From Alphaproteobacteria bacterium (GTDB lineage: Bacteria > Pseudomonadota > Alphaproteobacteria > Micropepsales > Micropepsaceae), in contig JAGWNK010000015.1 of the NCBI GenBank assembly GCA_028871345.1, positions 7,064 to 71,063 on the forward strand: a DNA stretch of 64,000 nt. Direction: 5' to 3'. The position numbers and the translations under genes were made by a program. Below, piece after piece: positions 26,736 through 40,029 of this stretch. The first letter of the stretch is position 1; each line of letters opens with the position of its first letter. Below the pieces are notes generated by a model. The model saw nothing but the letters and a program-made list of their open reading frames with translations, was not told the origin of the DNA and made no database searches.

Positions 26736-27091
26736 CCAACACGTTTCTGGCCGTCTTCCTCGGCAGCAAATCCAGTCCGCGCATGAAGTCCTGGATGGAG
26801 CTGCCCGAAGCCGAGCGCAAGGCGAAGGAGCGCGACGGCATCGCCGCCTGGAAGGCCTGGATCGAGAAACATCACGGCGCCATCGTCGAAATCGGCGGCC
26901 CGCTCGGCAAGACCAAGCGGGTGACGGAGCGCGGCGTCGAAGACATCGCCAACCAGATGAGCGGTTTCTCGGTGGTGCGCGCGGAGTCGCACGAGGCGGC
27001 GGCCAAGCTGTTCGAGAAGCATCCCCATTTCACGAACTTCCCCGGAGAAGCCGTGGAGATCATGCCGGTGCTGCCGATCCCCGGCGCCTGA
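26732..27091 (+). CDS. Small dimeric alpha+beta-barrel (YCII/DGPF-like) protein
   Basis: The ATG overlaps the TetR stop (ATGA) and is preceded by AAGGAAAGGAA. MTNTFLAVFLGSK...GFSVVRAESHEAAAKLFEKHPHF...VEIMPV. The family assignment is tentative. Confidence 0.5.
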   Translation: MTNTFLAVFLGSKSSPRMKSWMELPEAERKAKERDGIAAWKAWIEKHHGAIVEIGGPLGKTKRVTERGVEDIANQMSGFSVVRAESHEAAAKLFEKHPHFTNFPGEAVEIMPVLPIPGA

Positions 27092-27113
27092 GCCCGCAAC
27101 AAGGAGAACAACG

Positions 27114-27557
27114 ATGCCCAGCACCGTCCGCCTGCACCGCGTCCTGGCAACCAGGCCCGAGAAGATCTATCGCGCCTTCCTCGAACCCGATGCGATGGCC
27201 AAATGGCTGCCGCCGGACGGCTTCGTCGGCACGGTCCATCATCACGAGGCCAAGGTCGGCGGCACTTTCAAGATGTCGTTCCGCAACTTCACCACCGGCG
27301 ACGGCCACGCCTTCGGCGGCGAATATCTCGAACTCGTCCCCGGCGAGCGGCTGCGCTACACGGACCGCTTCGACGATCCCAATATGCCGGGCACGCTGCA
27401 GGTGACGGTGAGCCTCAAGAAGGTGTCGGTCGGCACCGAGCTTTCCATCGTGCAGGAGAACATCCCCGACGCCATCCCGCCCGAGGCCTGTTACCTCGGC
27501 TGGCAGCAATCGCTGGCCAATCTGGCGCGGCTGGTAGAGCCGGAAATCAGGCCGTAG
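27114..27557 (+). CDS. SRPBCC superfamily protein (AHSA1/Aha1-like)
   Basis: RLHRVLATRPEKIYRAFLEPDAMAKWLPP...GGTFKMSF...GEYLELVPGERLRYT is the pattern typical of PF08327. Confidence 0.75.
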   Translation: MPSTVRLHRVLATRPEKIYRAFLEPDAMAKWLPPDGFVGTVHHHEAKVGGTFKMSFRNFTTGDGHAFGGEYLELVPGERLRYTDRFDDPNMPGTLQVTVSLKKVSVGTELSIVQENIPDAIPPEACYLGWQQSLANLARLVEPEIRP

Positions 27558-27609
27558 CCGTCAACGATCGCGGCGCCGCCGAAACATCGGCGGCGGCGCC
27601 GTCCCGCGC

Positions 27610-28050
27610 TCATCCCGCCTTTCGGCGCGGCGGCAGATGGATGGGCAACTGGGCATTCATCGCCACCAATGCGTCGTCGATCACCCACATGTGCGAACTG
27701 TGACGCAGATCAAGAAGGCGACGCACGGAATTCTCGGGCATGCCGAGCTCGCTTGCCAGCCGCGACCGCGTCCAGCCGTGCTGGCGCATATTCTCGTAAA
27801 CGGCCAGTTTGGCCGTGACCAATGACGGCAGCACGACACGGTCACCCTTGAACGGCGGGCGCGGGATCGGCTTGCCAGCCTTCACATGCCCTTCCAAGGC
27901 GGCAATCAGGCAATCCTTGGCGTTCTCGAACGCCTCCTGCCTGGTCTCGCCCTCGGTCAGCGCCTCAGGCACCTGGGGGAAGCGCACAAGCCACCAGCCA
28001 TTCGGCTGCATTGCCAGCGTGTAGGGATAACCGAACGCGGCATTTGCCAT
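27610..28050 (-). CDS. hicB: HicB-family antitoxin with a C-terminal HTH
   Basis: The N-terminal HicB fold (YTLAMQPNGWWLVRFPQVPEALTEGETRQEAFENAKDCLIAAL) is followed by an XRE-like HTH (WTRSRLASELGMPENSVRRLLD). Confidence 0.8.
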   Translation of the reverse strand: MANAAFGYPYTLAMQPNGWWLVRFPQVPEALTEGETRQEAFENAKDCLIAALEGHVKAGKPIPRPPFKGDRVVLPSLVTAKLAVYENMRQHGWTRSRLASELGMPENSVRRLLDLRHSSHMWVIDDALVAMNAQLPIHLPPRRKAG

Positions 28051-28051
28051 T

Positions 28052-28356
28052 CTACGATTCCAATTCCCGTCTCGACAAACCGAGCTGATCCAGCACGGCT
28101 TTGAACAAGCCCGGTCCGATTTCCTTTCTGCGGTCCTTCAATGTCGTGAACCGGCTGCCGTAATAGAGCCGTCCATGGCTGCCTTTGCGTGACCGGGATC
28201 GAACGACACCGCCACGCTGTTCCTGCGGCCGGCGCGGCGCCGGAGCCTGTCGCTGTTCGGTGCCAGCCTCCCGGACGCCGCGATGGGGCGGCGCAAGGCC
28301 ATCGCTTGACCGGGCCGGTTGCGAGCGAGCGTGCCAACATGTCGCAGTTTCGACAA
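28052..28356 (-). pseudogene. hicA: HicA-family toxin, apparently frameshifted
   Basis: The C-terminal frame reads GGVVRSRSRKGSHGRLYYGSRFTTLKDRRKEIGPGLFKAVLDQLGLSRRELES* (stop 28052-54, 1 nt from the hicB ATG). That frame contains no ATG, GTG or TTG. The only starts (TTG 28356, ATG 28302) are in another frame (..SGRLAPNSDRLRRRAG..), which terminates at 28138. Confidence 0.55.
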
Positions 28357-28541
28357 AAGTGACGCTACGTGACCAAATTATGATTGGTTAACGAGCAGAA
28401 CTCATTGATGCGTCCCCAAAAGCCAATCACGCGCCCCCCAAAATACTTGTCAATCAAATGTTTAGAGCCAGCGATGGGTTTCGCGCCATTCCGATGCATC
28501 CTGACGATGTGGCAGCGCCGCCAATCGGAGGGCTGGGAAAG

Positions 28542-28820
28542 ATGCCTGTCTATCGTTTGACGCCCTTGCAAGGCACCGAACGTCGCCCGCAATGGCGGGC
28601 CTCATCGATCAGGCCGCATTGCTTGTGGATCGTGGCAAGCGACGAAGACGAGGCCCGCAGCGCCGTTGCCAAAGCGACCGCGTGCAGCGATGCGCAAACC
28701 CCCTGGCAGGACGCCGAACTGGTGTCGTGCGAGCGCGACAACAACAAGGACCTCGCCGCCGGAATCATCTGGGTACGGAGGAAACCTCCGGTGGCGGTTG
28801 TACGGGCGTCCCCCGCCTGA
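28542..28820 (+). CDS. Hypothetical protein
   Basis: MPVYRLTPLQGTERRPQWRASSIRPHCLWIVASDEDEARSAV.... A GGAGGG lies 13 nt upstream, and an AT-rich region precedes the ORF. No family recognised. Confidence 0.3.
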   Translation: MPVYRLTPLQGTERRPQWRASSIRPHCLWIVASDEDEARSAVAKATACSDAQTPWQDAELVSCERDNNKDLAAGIIWVRRKPPVAVVRASPA

Positions 28821-28908
28821 TGTGAACCTCTGGCGGGCGGCAAGCGGCCCTTCCCCGGACCCCCCTCCGCTCGGCGCCAGCAGCCGCCCGCCAGTTTTCC
28901 GTTCGAGC

Positions 28909-28943
28909 CAAACAAAACCGCCCGCGGTTGCCCGCGGGCGGCG
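28909..28943 (-). terminator. Rho-independent terminator downstream of pnp
   Basis: Minus-strand reading: GCCGCCCGCGG-GCAA-CCGCGGGCGG followed by TTTTGTTTGG. It lies 25 nt after the pnp stop. Confidence 0.8.
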
Positions 28944-28966
28944 TTTGCCTGGCCGTGACGAAACGA

Positions 28967-31120
<2,154 letters not shown>

Positions 31121-31261
31121 CTTGCGTACTTTCCTTCGTTCCCGCGGGCCGGATTGCCAGCGGCGTTCCTTGAGTGCGTCTCAAGAATCTGATGATTGGA
31201 TGTGCGGGCGCGCGCGGGGTCGCCGCGGGCGCGCGTGAAACTTGCGGGGCGACGGGCGCTC

Positions 31262-31531
31262 TCAGCGCCTCAGTCCCAGGCGGCTGATCAGCGCGTCGTA
31301 GCGCTTCTGGTCCGACGCCTTGACATAATCGAGCAGACGCCGACGCTGCGACACGAGCTTGATCAGCCCGCGGCGCGAGTGGTTGTCCTTCACGTGCGTC
31401 TTGAAATGCTCGGTCAGGTTGGTGATGCGCTCGGAGAGCACCGCCACCTGCACTTCGGGCGACCCCGTGTCGCCCGCGGCGATGGCGTATTCCTTGATGA
31501 GTTCCTGTTTGCGTTCGGCTGTGATCGTCAT
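31262..31531 (-). CDS. rpsO: 30S ribosomal protein S15
   Basis: [16 protein letters not shown]...[37 protein letters not shown] 31531. Confidence 0.95.
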   Translation of the reverse strand: MTITAERKQELIKEYAIAAGDTGSPEVQVAVLSERITNLTEHFKTHVKDNHSRRGLIKLVSQRRRLLDYVKASDQKRYDALISRLGLRR

Positions 31532-31538
31532 CGATCGG

Positions 31539-32489
31539 TCATCCAGTTCCAAAGTTGAAGACACGGAACGGCCTCAGCTCTCCGGCCTGAAGCGCGACCA
31601 GTGCCACCGGTTCGCCTTCGCCCGTCGAGCAGAAGACCGTGAGCCCCTGAAGATCGTTGCCCGAAGCGGCTTCCGTGATCCGTGCGAACTGCGCCGCCCG
31701 GATCAGGATCGGATTGCCGCTTCTCAGGCGAACCGCATCCGGGCCCGTCACGGCCAGCGCCGGGATGCCGTCCAGCGCGGTCGAAATGGGCCTCAAGTGC
31801 TCAAAAGCGGCGGGACTATGCATAAAACCCTCCAGGGTTTCCAGCCCTATCGCCTGATCGACCGAAAAGGCCCCGACGCGGGTGCGCCGCAGGGCCGAAA
31901 CATGGCCCAGGGTTCCCAAGGCAAGGGCCAGATCGCGCACCCATGAGCGGACGTAAGTCCCTTTGCCGCAATGCATTTCGAACTCGGCATGGTCACCGTC
32001 GGGAAGCCCCAGAAGGCGCGCCTGGCGCACGAAGACCCGCCGCGGCTCCAGGCTGACCGCCTCGCCGTCGCGCGCCAGATCATAGGCTCGCTCCCCCTCG
32101 ACCTTGACCGCCGAATAGGCGGGGGGAACCTGGTCCAGCATCCCGCTGAAGGCCGGCAGGAGGCGCTCGATCGCCTCGCGGTCGGGGCGGATGTCGGAGG
32201 TGGCGGTCACCGCGCCCTCGGCATCGTCGGAATCCCTAGCTTCGCCCCAGGCGGCGGTGAAGCGGTAGGACTTCTCGGCGTCCATGGCGTAAGGCACAGT
32301 CTTGGTCGCTTCGCCCAACGCGATCGCCAGCACCCCGGTCGCCATGGGATCGAGGGTTCCGGCATGGCCCGCTTTCTGGGCGTCGAACACGCGCTTGACG
32401 ATGGCGACGGCGCGGGTGGAGGTGACGCCCTGCGGCTTGTCGATCACCACCCAGCCATGGACGGGCGTGCCCTTCTTCTTACGGGACAT
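31539..32489 (-). CDS. truB: tRNA pseudouridine(55) synthase TruB
   Basis: [14 protein letters not shown] and [14 protein letters not shown] (catalytic Asp) are present. ATG 32489 with AAGGAGG 6 nt upstream. Confidence 0.93.
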   Translation of the reverse strand: MSRKKKGTPVHGWVVIDKPQGVTSTRAVAIVKRVFDAQKAGHAGTLDPMATGVLAIALGEATKTVPYAMDAEKSYRFTAAWGEARDSDDAEGAVTATSDIRPDREAIERLLPAFSGMLDQVPPAYSAVKVEGERAYDLARDGEAVSLEPRRVFVRQARLLGLPDGDHAEFEMHCGKGTYVRSWVRDLALALGTLGHVSALRRTRVGAFSVDQAIGLETLEGFMHSPAAFEHLRPISTALDGIPALAVTGPDAVRLRSGNPILIRAAQFARITEAASGNDLQGLTVFCSTGEGEPVALVALQAGELRPFRVFNFGTG

Positions 32490-32498
32490 GGGCACCCT

Positions 32499-32624
32499 CC
32501 TTTCCTCCCCCGATTTCGGGAAAGGTGCTGGGCGAGCACTCGCGAGCGAAGCGGATGGGGCGACACCAAGCATGCCCCCACCCCGCGCTTCGGGCGGACC
32601 TCCCCCGTAAACGGGGGAGGAAAT
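32499..32624. repeat. Composite element of two inverted hairpin-repeat units (rbfA-truB intergenic)
   Basis: The left unit is CCTTTCCTCCCCCGATTTCGGGAAAGGTGCTGGGCGA... (+). The right unit is CCTCCCCCGTAAACGGGGGAGGAAAT (32599-32624), which reads as TTTCCTCCCCCGTTTACGGGGGAGGTCCGCC on the minus strand. Confidence 0.8.
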
Positions 32625-32638
32625 AATCGCGCCGGACC

Positions 32639-33067
32639 TTATTCATCTTCGTCATAATCCCGGGCGTCGTTCTTCTTCGCCAAGTCCTGCTGCACCCGCG
32701 GCGATTTCAGGATGGTCTCGATCTTCTCGGCCTCGGCGAACGACTTGTCCTCGACGAAGCGCAGCTCGGGCGTGAACTTGAGCGCGATCGCGTGGCCCAT
32801 CTCGCCGCGCAGATAGGCCTTGTGGCGGTTGAGCGCGGCGATGATCTTGTCGGCGTTCCTGCCGCCCAATGGTTCGCAGAACACGGTGGCGTAGCGCATG
32901 TCGCCCGACGGCTTGACCTGGGTGATGGTCACCGAGACGCCAGCGAGATCGGGATCGCGGATGTCGCCGCGCAGAAGGATTTCCGACAGCGCATGGCGCA
33001 ACAGCTCGCCGACGCGCAGCTGGCGCTGTGAGGGACCGAGATTGGCACGGGAATGGGAACGGGGCAT
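32639..33067 (-). CDS. rbfA: Ribosome-binding factor A
   Basis: RQLRVGELLRHALSEILLRGDIRDPDL...VTITQVKPSGDMRYATVF. Confidence 0.92.
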   Translation of the reverse strand: MPRSHSRANLGPSQRQLRVGELLRHALSEILLRGDIRDPDLAGVSVTITQVKPSGDMRYATVFCEPLGGRNADKIIAALNRHKAYLRGEMGHAIALKFTPELRFVEDKSFAEAEKIETILKSPRVQQDLAKKNDARDYDEDE

Positions 33068-33095
33068 TGGCTTGCACTCACTTTGTCTTTCCCGG

Positions 33096-33245
33096 CTTTC
33101 CTCCCCCGTTCACGGGCGAGGTGCCGAGCCCCCGCGTCGGCGCGAAGCGCCGCGCGAGGATAATCTCCGCGAGGCGGAGGGGGCATGCCTAACCTCGCCC
33201 CCCTCGGCACCTCCGGCGCCACTCCCCCGTAAACGGGGGGAGAAA
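33096..33245. repeat. Composite element of two inverted hairpin-repeat units (infB-rbfA intergenic)
   Basis: The left unit is CTTTCCTCCCCCGTTCACGGGCGAGGTGCCGAG... and the right unit is ...CTCCCCCGTAAACGGGGGGAGAAAC. An internal long-range complement GAGGTGCCGAG / CTCGGCACCTC is also present. Confidence 0.8.
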
Positions 33246-35788
<2,543 letters not shown>

Positions 35789-35789
<1 letters not shown>

Positions 35790-36442
35790 TATTCTCTTTC
35801 GTTGCGGACAGGATTCGAACCTGACGGTCCCGCCGGCCGCGGACGGAACCCTTGTAATCGTGTGGCATTGAGGAGCAGCCGGTCGGCCAGGGCCCCTGGC
35901 TTGACGGCGGCGTGTATCACATTCTCGCGTCCCAGCGCCAAACCGAGCTCGTCACTGGTCAACCCATCGATCGTCGGGGCCTCGATGCCGCGGGCGAAGG
36001 CCGCATTGGCAAGCTTGCGCCGGCCATCGGCGGCACCGTCCGAGGCCTCGATCAGGAGCCTGGGCGGAACCTTGGCATCCATCGCCCGCAACACATTGTC
36101 GAAGCCCAGGAAGGCAAGCCCGGCGCGCCGGGCCAGGCCCAGATCGGACTGCATCCGCGCCACCAGCAGCCTCTCGACATGGTCCGGCAGGTCTTCCGCG
36201 ACCTTTACCGTTGCCTTGGCAGCCTTGGCGAACGCCTGCTTGGCGACGGCCTTGGCGAGCGTGGCGCGCTCGGCCGCAACCCACAGGCCCCGGCCCGGAA
36301 GCTTGGCATCGAGATCGGGAACGATATCGGCGTCGGGCCCTACGACGAAGCGGACAAGCCTGTCCTCCGGCGCGGTCGCGCCGGTGACGATGCAGCGCCG
36401 CTCGCGCAGGGCGCCGTCATTGTCCGAGATGGCGGCCAGCAC
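35789..36442 (-). CDS. ylxR: YlxR/DUF448 RNA-binding protein with a C-terminal L7Ae-like extension
   Basis: [42 protein letters not shown]. Its position between nusA and infB is the conserved one. The stop overlaps the infB ATG by 1 nt. Confidence 0.8.
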
Positions 36443-36563
36443 GGCGCGACGCCCTCCTCGGCAGCTTGTGACAATCCGCGAACAGCGACTTCTTCTCCGT
36501 CATTGGGGCCAAAAGGCCGGTCTATATATCCGCTCAGACCCGGCTTGCCTACCGGGCTTTGCC

Positions 36564-38180
36564 TTATTCCGCGCTTTCCTCGCCGGCGGGGGCCTCTTCG
36601 ACACCCTCTTCTTCGGCAGGCTCGGGCAATTCCTCGATCCAGCCCGCCTTGACGCGTGATTTCATGATGATGGCGTTGGCATCGTCGGATGACAGGTCGA
36701 AGCCTTCCAGGGCTCCGGGCACGCGCACGCGCTCCTTGTCCTTGCCCTGCTCGTAGTAGCCGATCAGATCGTCGGTGGCGCAGCCGGCCAGATCCTCGAG
36801 CGTCTTGACGTCATGCTCGCCCAGCGACACGGCCATGGCGGGGGTCACGCCGTCCACCTCGAGCACCGCATCCTCGACGCCCAGGGCGCGGCGCTTGTCG
36901 TCGAGTTCCTTGTTGCGCGCCTCGATGTGCTCCAGCGCCCGGCTCTGCAGTTCCTGCGCCGTCTCCTCGTCGAAGCCTTCCACCGCGGCGAGCTCGTTGA
37001 GCGACACATAGGCGACGTCCTCGATTTCGGCGAAGCCCTCTGAGGCCAGCAGCTGGGCCACGGTCTCGTCGACGTCGAGGGAATCCATGAACAGCTTGGT
37101 GCGCTCGGCGAATTCCTTCTGCCGGCGCTCGGATTCCTCGGCCTCGGTCAGGATGTCGATCTGCCAGCCGGTGAGCTGGGAGGCCAGCCGCACGTTCTGG
37201 CCGCGCCGGCCGATGGCCAGCGACAGCTGCTCGTCGGGAACCACAACCTCGACGCGATGGGTGTCTTCGTCGAGCACGACTTTGGATACCTCAGCGGGCG
37301 CCAGCGCGTTGACGATGAAGGTGGCCGCCTCGGGTGACCAGGGAATGATGTCGATGCGCTCGCCCTGCAGCTCCTGCACCACCGCCTGGACGCGCACGCC
37401 GCGCATGCCGACGCAGGCGCCGACCGGATCGATCGAGGAATCCTTGGAGATCACCGCGATCTTGGCGCGGCTGCCGGGATCGCGCGCCACGGCGCGGATC
37501 TCGATGATGCCGTCGTAGATCTCGGGAACCTCCTGGGCGAACAGGCGCACCATGAACTGGGGATGGCTGCGCGACAGGAAGATCTGGGGCCCGCGCGTCT
37601 CGCGGCGCACGTCGTAGATGTAGGCGCGGATGCGGTCGCCGGCGCGGAAGTTCTCGCGCGGGATCATCTCGTCGCGGCGCACCACGCCTTCGGCCCGTCC
37701 CAGATCGACCACCACCGAGCCGAATTCCGAGCGCTTGACGATGCCGTGGATGATCTCACCGATGCGGTCCTTGTATTCCTCGTACTGGCGCTCGCGCTCG
37801 GCGTCGCGCACCTTCTGCACGATCACCTGCTTGGCGGCCTGGGCGGCGATGCGCGAAAAATCGACCGGCGGCAGGGTCTCGGCGATGATGTCGCCGATCA
37901 TGGCGCTGGGGTTGCGCGCCTGGGCGTCCGCCAGGCTGATTTCGGTCTTGTCGTTCTCGACCAGCTCCACCACGTGCAGGTAACGCGAGACGTGGGTCTC
38001 GCCGGTCTTGGGGTCGATCTCGACGCGGATCTCGTTCTCGCTGCCGTAGCGGGCTTTGGCGGCCTTCTGCATCGCCTCTTCCATCGCCGAGATGACGACG
38101 GTCTTGTCGATCGACTTGTCGCGCGCGACGGCGTCGGCGATCTGCAGGAGTTCGGTACGGTTTGCGGCAATCGCTGCCAT
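36564..38180 (-). CDS. nusA: Transcription termination/antitermination factor NusA
   Basis: 538-aa ORF with S1 and KH domains and a C-terminal acidic repeat region. Confidence 0.96.
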   Translation of the reverse strand: MAAIAANRTELLQIADAVARDKSIDKTVVISAMEEAMQKAAKARYGSENEIRVEIDPKTGETHVSRYLHVVELVENDKTEISLADAQARNPSAMIGDIIAETLPPVDFSRIAAQAAKQVIVQKVRDAERERQYEEYKDRIGEIIHGIVKRSEFGSVVVDLGRAEGVVRRDEMIPRENFRAGDRIRAYIYDVRRETRGPQIFLSRSHPQFMVRLFAQEVPEIYDGIIEIRAVARDPGSRAKIAVISKDSSIDPVGACVGMRGVRVQAVVQELQGERIDIIPWSPEAATFIVNALAPAEVSKVVLDEDTHRVEVVVPDEQLSLAIGRRGQNVRLASQLTGWQIDILTEAEESERRQKEFAERTKLFMDSLDVDETVAQLLASEGFAEIEDVAYVSLNELAAVEGFDEETAQELQSRALEHIEARNKELDDKRRALGVEDAVLEVDGVTPAMAVSLGEHDVKTLEDLAGCATDDLIGYYEQGKDKERVRVPGALEGFDLSSDDANAIIMKSRVKAGWIEELPEPAEEEGVEEAPAGEESAE

Positions 38181-38231
38181 GGGGAGCGCTCCTAAGGGAT
38201 TACAGTTGTCGACGCGAGGAAAATGACGTCA

Positions 38232-38723
38232 TCACCGCTTCCTCGCCTTGAGATCTTCTTCGATCAGCTTGTCGGTGAGCACGAGCTTGGCCTCGGCGAT
38301 GGCGCGGAAGGGAAACTTGAGCCGCGTGCCCTGAACTTCCACCACCACGTCGGAACCGTCGAGCCCCAGAAGCTGACCGCGGAACCGCTTGCGCCCGTCG
38401 ATGGGCGCGGCAAGTTCCAGCTTCGCGTCGTGGCCGGCCCAGCGGCCGAAATCGGCCAGCCGCGTCAGCGGCCGGTCGATGCCCGGCGACGACACTTCGA
38501 GCAGATAGTCGCCTTCCAGCGGATCTTCGCGCTCGAGATAGTCGGACAAGGCGCGGCTCAGCTGCGCGCAATCGTCGACATTCATCGTTCCGTCCGCACG
38601 TTCCGCCATCACCTGCAACGTCTTCTGCTTGCCGCCCAACAGCCTGAGGCGCACCAGGCGGAAGCCCGCCGCCTCGACGACGGGGGCGATGATCGGCTCC
38701 AGATGCGACAGCGCCGTCAGAAT
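38232..38723 (-). CDS. rimP: Ribosome maturation factor RimP (non-canonical start inferred)
   Basis: LEVSSPGIDRPLTRLADF is the core motif. The conserved N-terminus ILTALSHLEPIIAPVVEAAGFRLVRLRL is in-frame upstream of the first canonical start (GTG 38654). It is bounded by TGA at 38736-38. ATT at 38723 lies 7 nt after GAAGGAG. Confidence 0.7.
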   Translation of the reverse strand: MLTALSHLEPIIAPVVEAAGFRLVRLRLLGGKQKTLQVMAERADGTMNVDDCAQLSRALSDYLEREDPLEGDYLLEVSSPGIDRPLTRLADFGRWAGHDAKLELAAPIDGRKRFRGQLLGLDGSDVVVEVQGTRLKFPFRAIAEAKLVLTDKLIEEDLKARKR

Positions 38724-38872
38724 GGCACCACTCCTTCACGCCCGGCACGGGATAACGCCTCTTCCCGCGGCGGCCTCCTGAGACCACCACACAACAGGAT
38801 TCTGTTGTTTGGGATGCCCGCTATGTAGCCGTCCGGCCTGCCGATTACAAGCCGGCTGGCGGGTCATGTGAC

Positions 38873-39097
38873 CTAATGTTTGTCCGGCAAGGAAACGTTC
38901 ACTTCCCCCGTTACCGCGGCGGGCTGGGACTGTCGAGCCCGCTCCTCATTGGCGACGATCTTGTCGAACGGCGAGCCCAGGGCAACCCACAGGAACGCCA
39001 CGAAAAACGCGATGCCGAACACGGCGGCCGAGATGATCGGGGCGAGCTCTCCCAAGGGGACGCGGTAGCGTTCTTCTTTTTCTTCCTGCGGGATCAT
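38873..39097 (-). CDS. Small single-pass membrane protein, unknown function
   Basis: 74-aa ORF with one hydrophobic helix (LAPIISAAVFGIAFFVAFLWVALG). The 3' end resembles a degenerate hairpin-repeat copy. Confidence 0.4.
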   Translation of the reverse strand: MIPQEEKEERYRVPLGELAPIISAAVFGIAFFVAFLWVALGSPFDKIVANEERARQSQPAAVTGEVNVSLPDKH

Positions 39098-39174
39098 GGA
39101 CGGAGTTTAGACCCTGGCGGCTGCGGCCGGCAAACGCGGCGCAATCCGGTGTGTTCCCGCGCACGGGGCGCCGT

Positions 39175-40029
39175 TCACACCCTGAGGATGCGCAGATAGG
39201 CCGGCGGACCGTGCAGCGCCTTGGCTTCGTAGCGGGTCTGCGGCCAGCCCGCCGGATGCCTCTGCCAGTCGCCGGCGCACCGCGCCGCCCAGGCGAAATC
39301 GGGATGGGCCCGCACCCGTTCCAGCGTCCAGGCGACATAGCCGGCGTCATCGCTGGCGACGCGCAGTTCGGCGCCGGGCCTCATCACCCGCGACAGGCGA
39401 TCGAGCATCTCCGTCTGGAGGAAGCGCCGCTTGTGATGGCGCGTCTTGGGCCAGGGGTCGGGAAAGAGCAGGAATACGCGCCCCAGTGACGCATCAGGCA
39501 AGGCCTCGAGGATGTCGCGCGCATCGCCTTCGTGGACGCGGATGTTGATGGCCTCTCCGCCTTCGCATCGGTGCGCTGTCGCGACCGACCCTCCCCCGCG
39601 AACGGGGGAGGAAAGTTCTTGATCGATTTTCGACAGGAGCTTGGCGACGCCCGCCTGATAAGGTTCGGCGCCGATCAGGCCCACGCGCGGATGGCGGCGC
39701 GCCTGCTCCAGGAGGTGCTCGCCGGCACCGAAGCCGATCTCGAGCCAGACGTCATCGACCGGAAAACCAACTTCCCCGTGCGGCGAGGTCGAAAAATAGG
39801 CGCGCGGATCGAGACCGGCGACCAGCCGCAGCGCCAGCGCCGGCAGCAGCGTGCGGCGCAGCTTCTCCTGGCGGGCGGAGAGCTTGGGACCCTTGCGGCG
39901 GCCGTAGAGCTTGCGGCCGAAATCAGAAGGCGTGCTTGAGCCCGGCGACGAGATCGGTCTTCTCCCAGGAGAAGCCGCCATCGGCATCCGGCTCGCGGCC
40001 GAAATGTCCGTAGGCGGAGGTTCTCGCAT
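39175..40029 (-). CDS. trmB: tRNA (guanine46-N7)-methyltransferase TrmB carrying a repeat-derived insertion
   Basis: [25 protein letters not shown] and [18 protein letters not shown] are present. The start is uncertain: every ATG (40029, 39987, 39981) overlaps the metK 3' end. Confidence 0.88.
   Translation of the reverse strand: MREPPPTDISAASRMPMAASPGRRPISSPGSSTPSDFGRKLYGRRKGPKLSARQEKLRRTLLPALALRLVAGLDPRAYFSTSPHGEVGFPVDDVWLEIGFGAGEHLLEQARRHPRVGLIGAEPYQAGVAKLLSKIDQELSSPVRGGGSVATAHRCEGGEAINIRVHEGDARDILEALPDASLGRVFLLFPDPWPKTRHHKRRFLQTEMLDRLSRVMRPGAELRVASDDAGYVAWTLERVRAHPDFAWAARCAGDWQRHPAGWPQTRYEAKALHGPPAYLRILRV
39549..39617 (-). repeat. Hairpin-repeat unit embedded in-frame in trmB
   Basis: The coding strand reads CTTTCCTCCCCCGTTCGCGGGGGAGGGTCGGTCGCGACAGCG... 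(hairpin core 39590-39611). It is translated as ..[21 protein letters not shown]... Confidence 0.75.

Noticed and set aside
35805-35830. tRNA T-arm-like motif GGATTCGAACC (reverse complement of GGTTCGAATCC)
   Set aside because: It lies inside the ylxR coding sequence. I could not build acceptor, D or anticodon stems around it.
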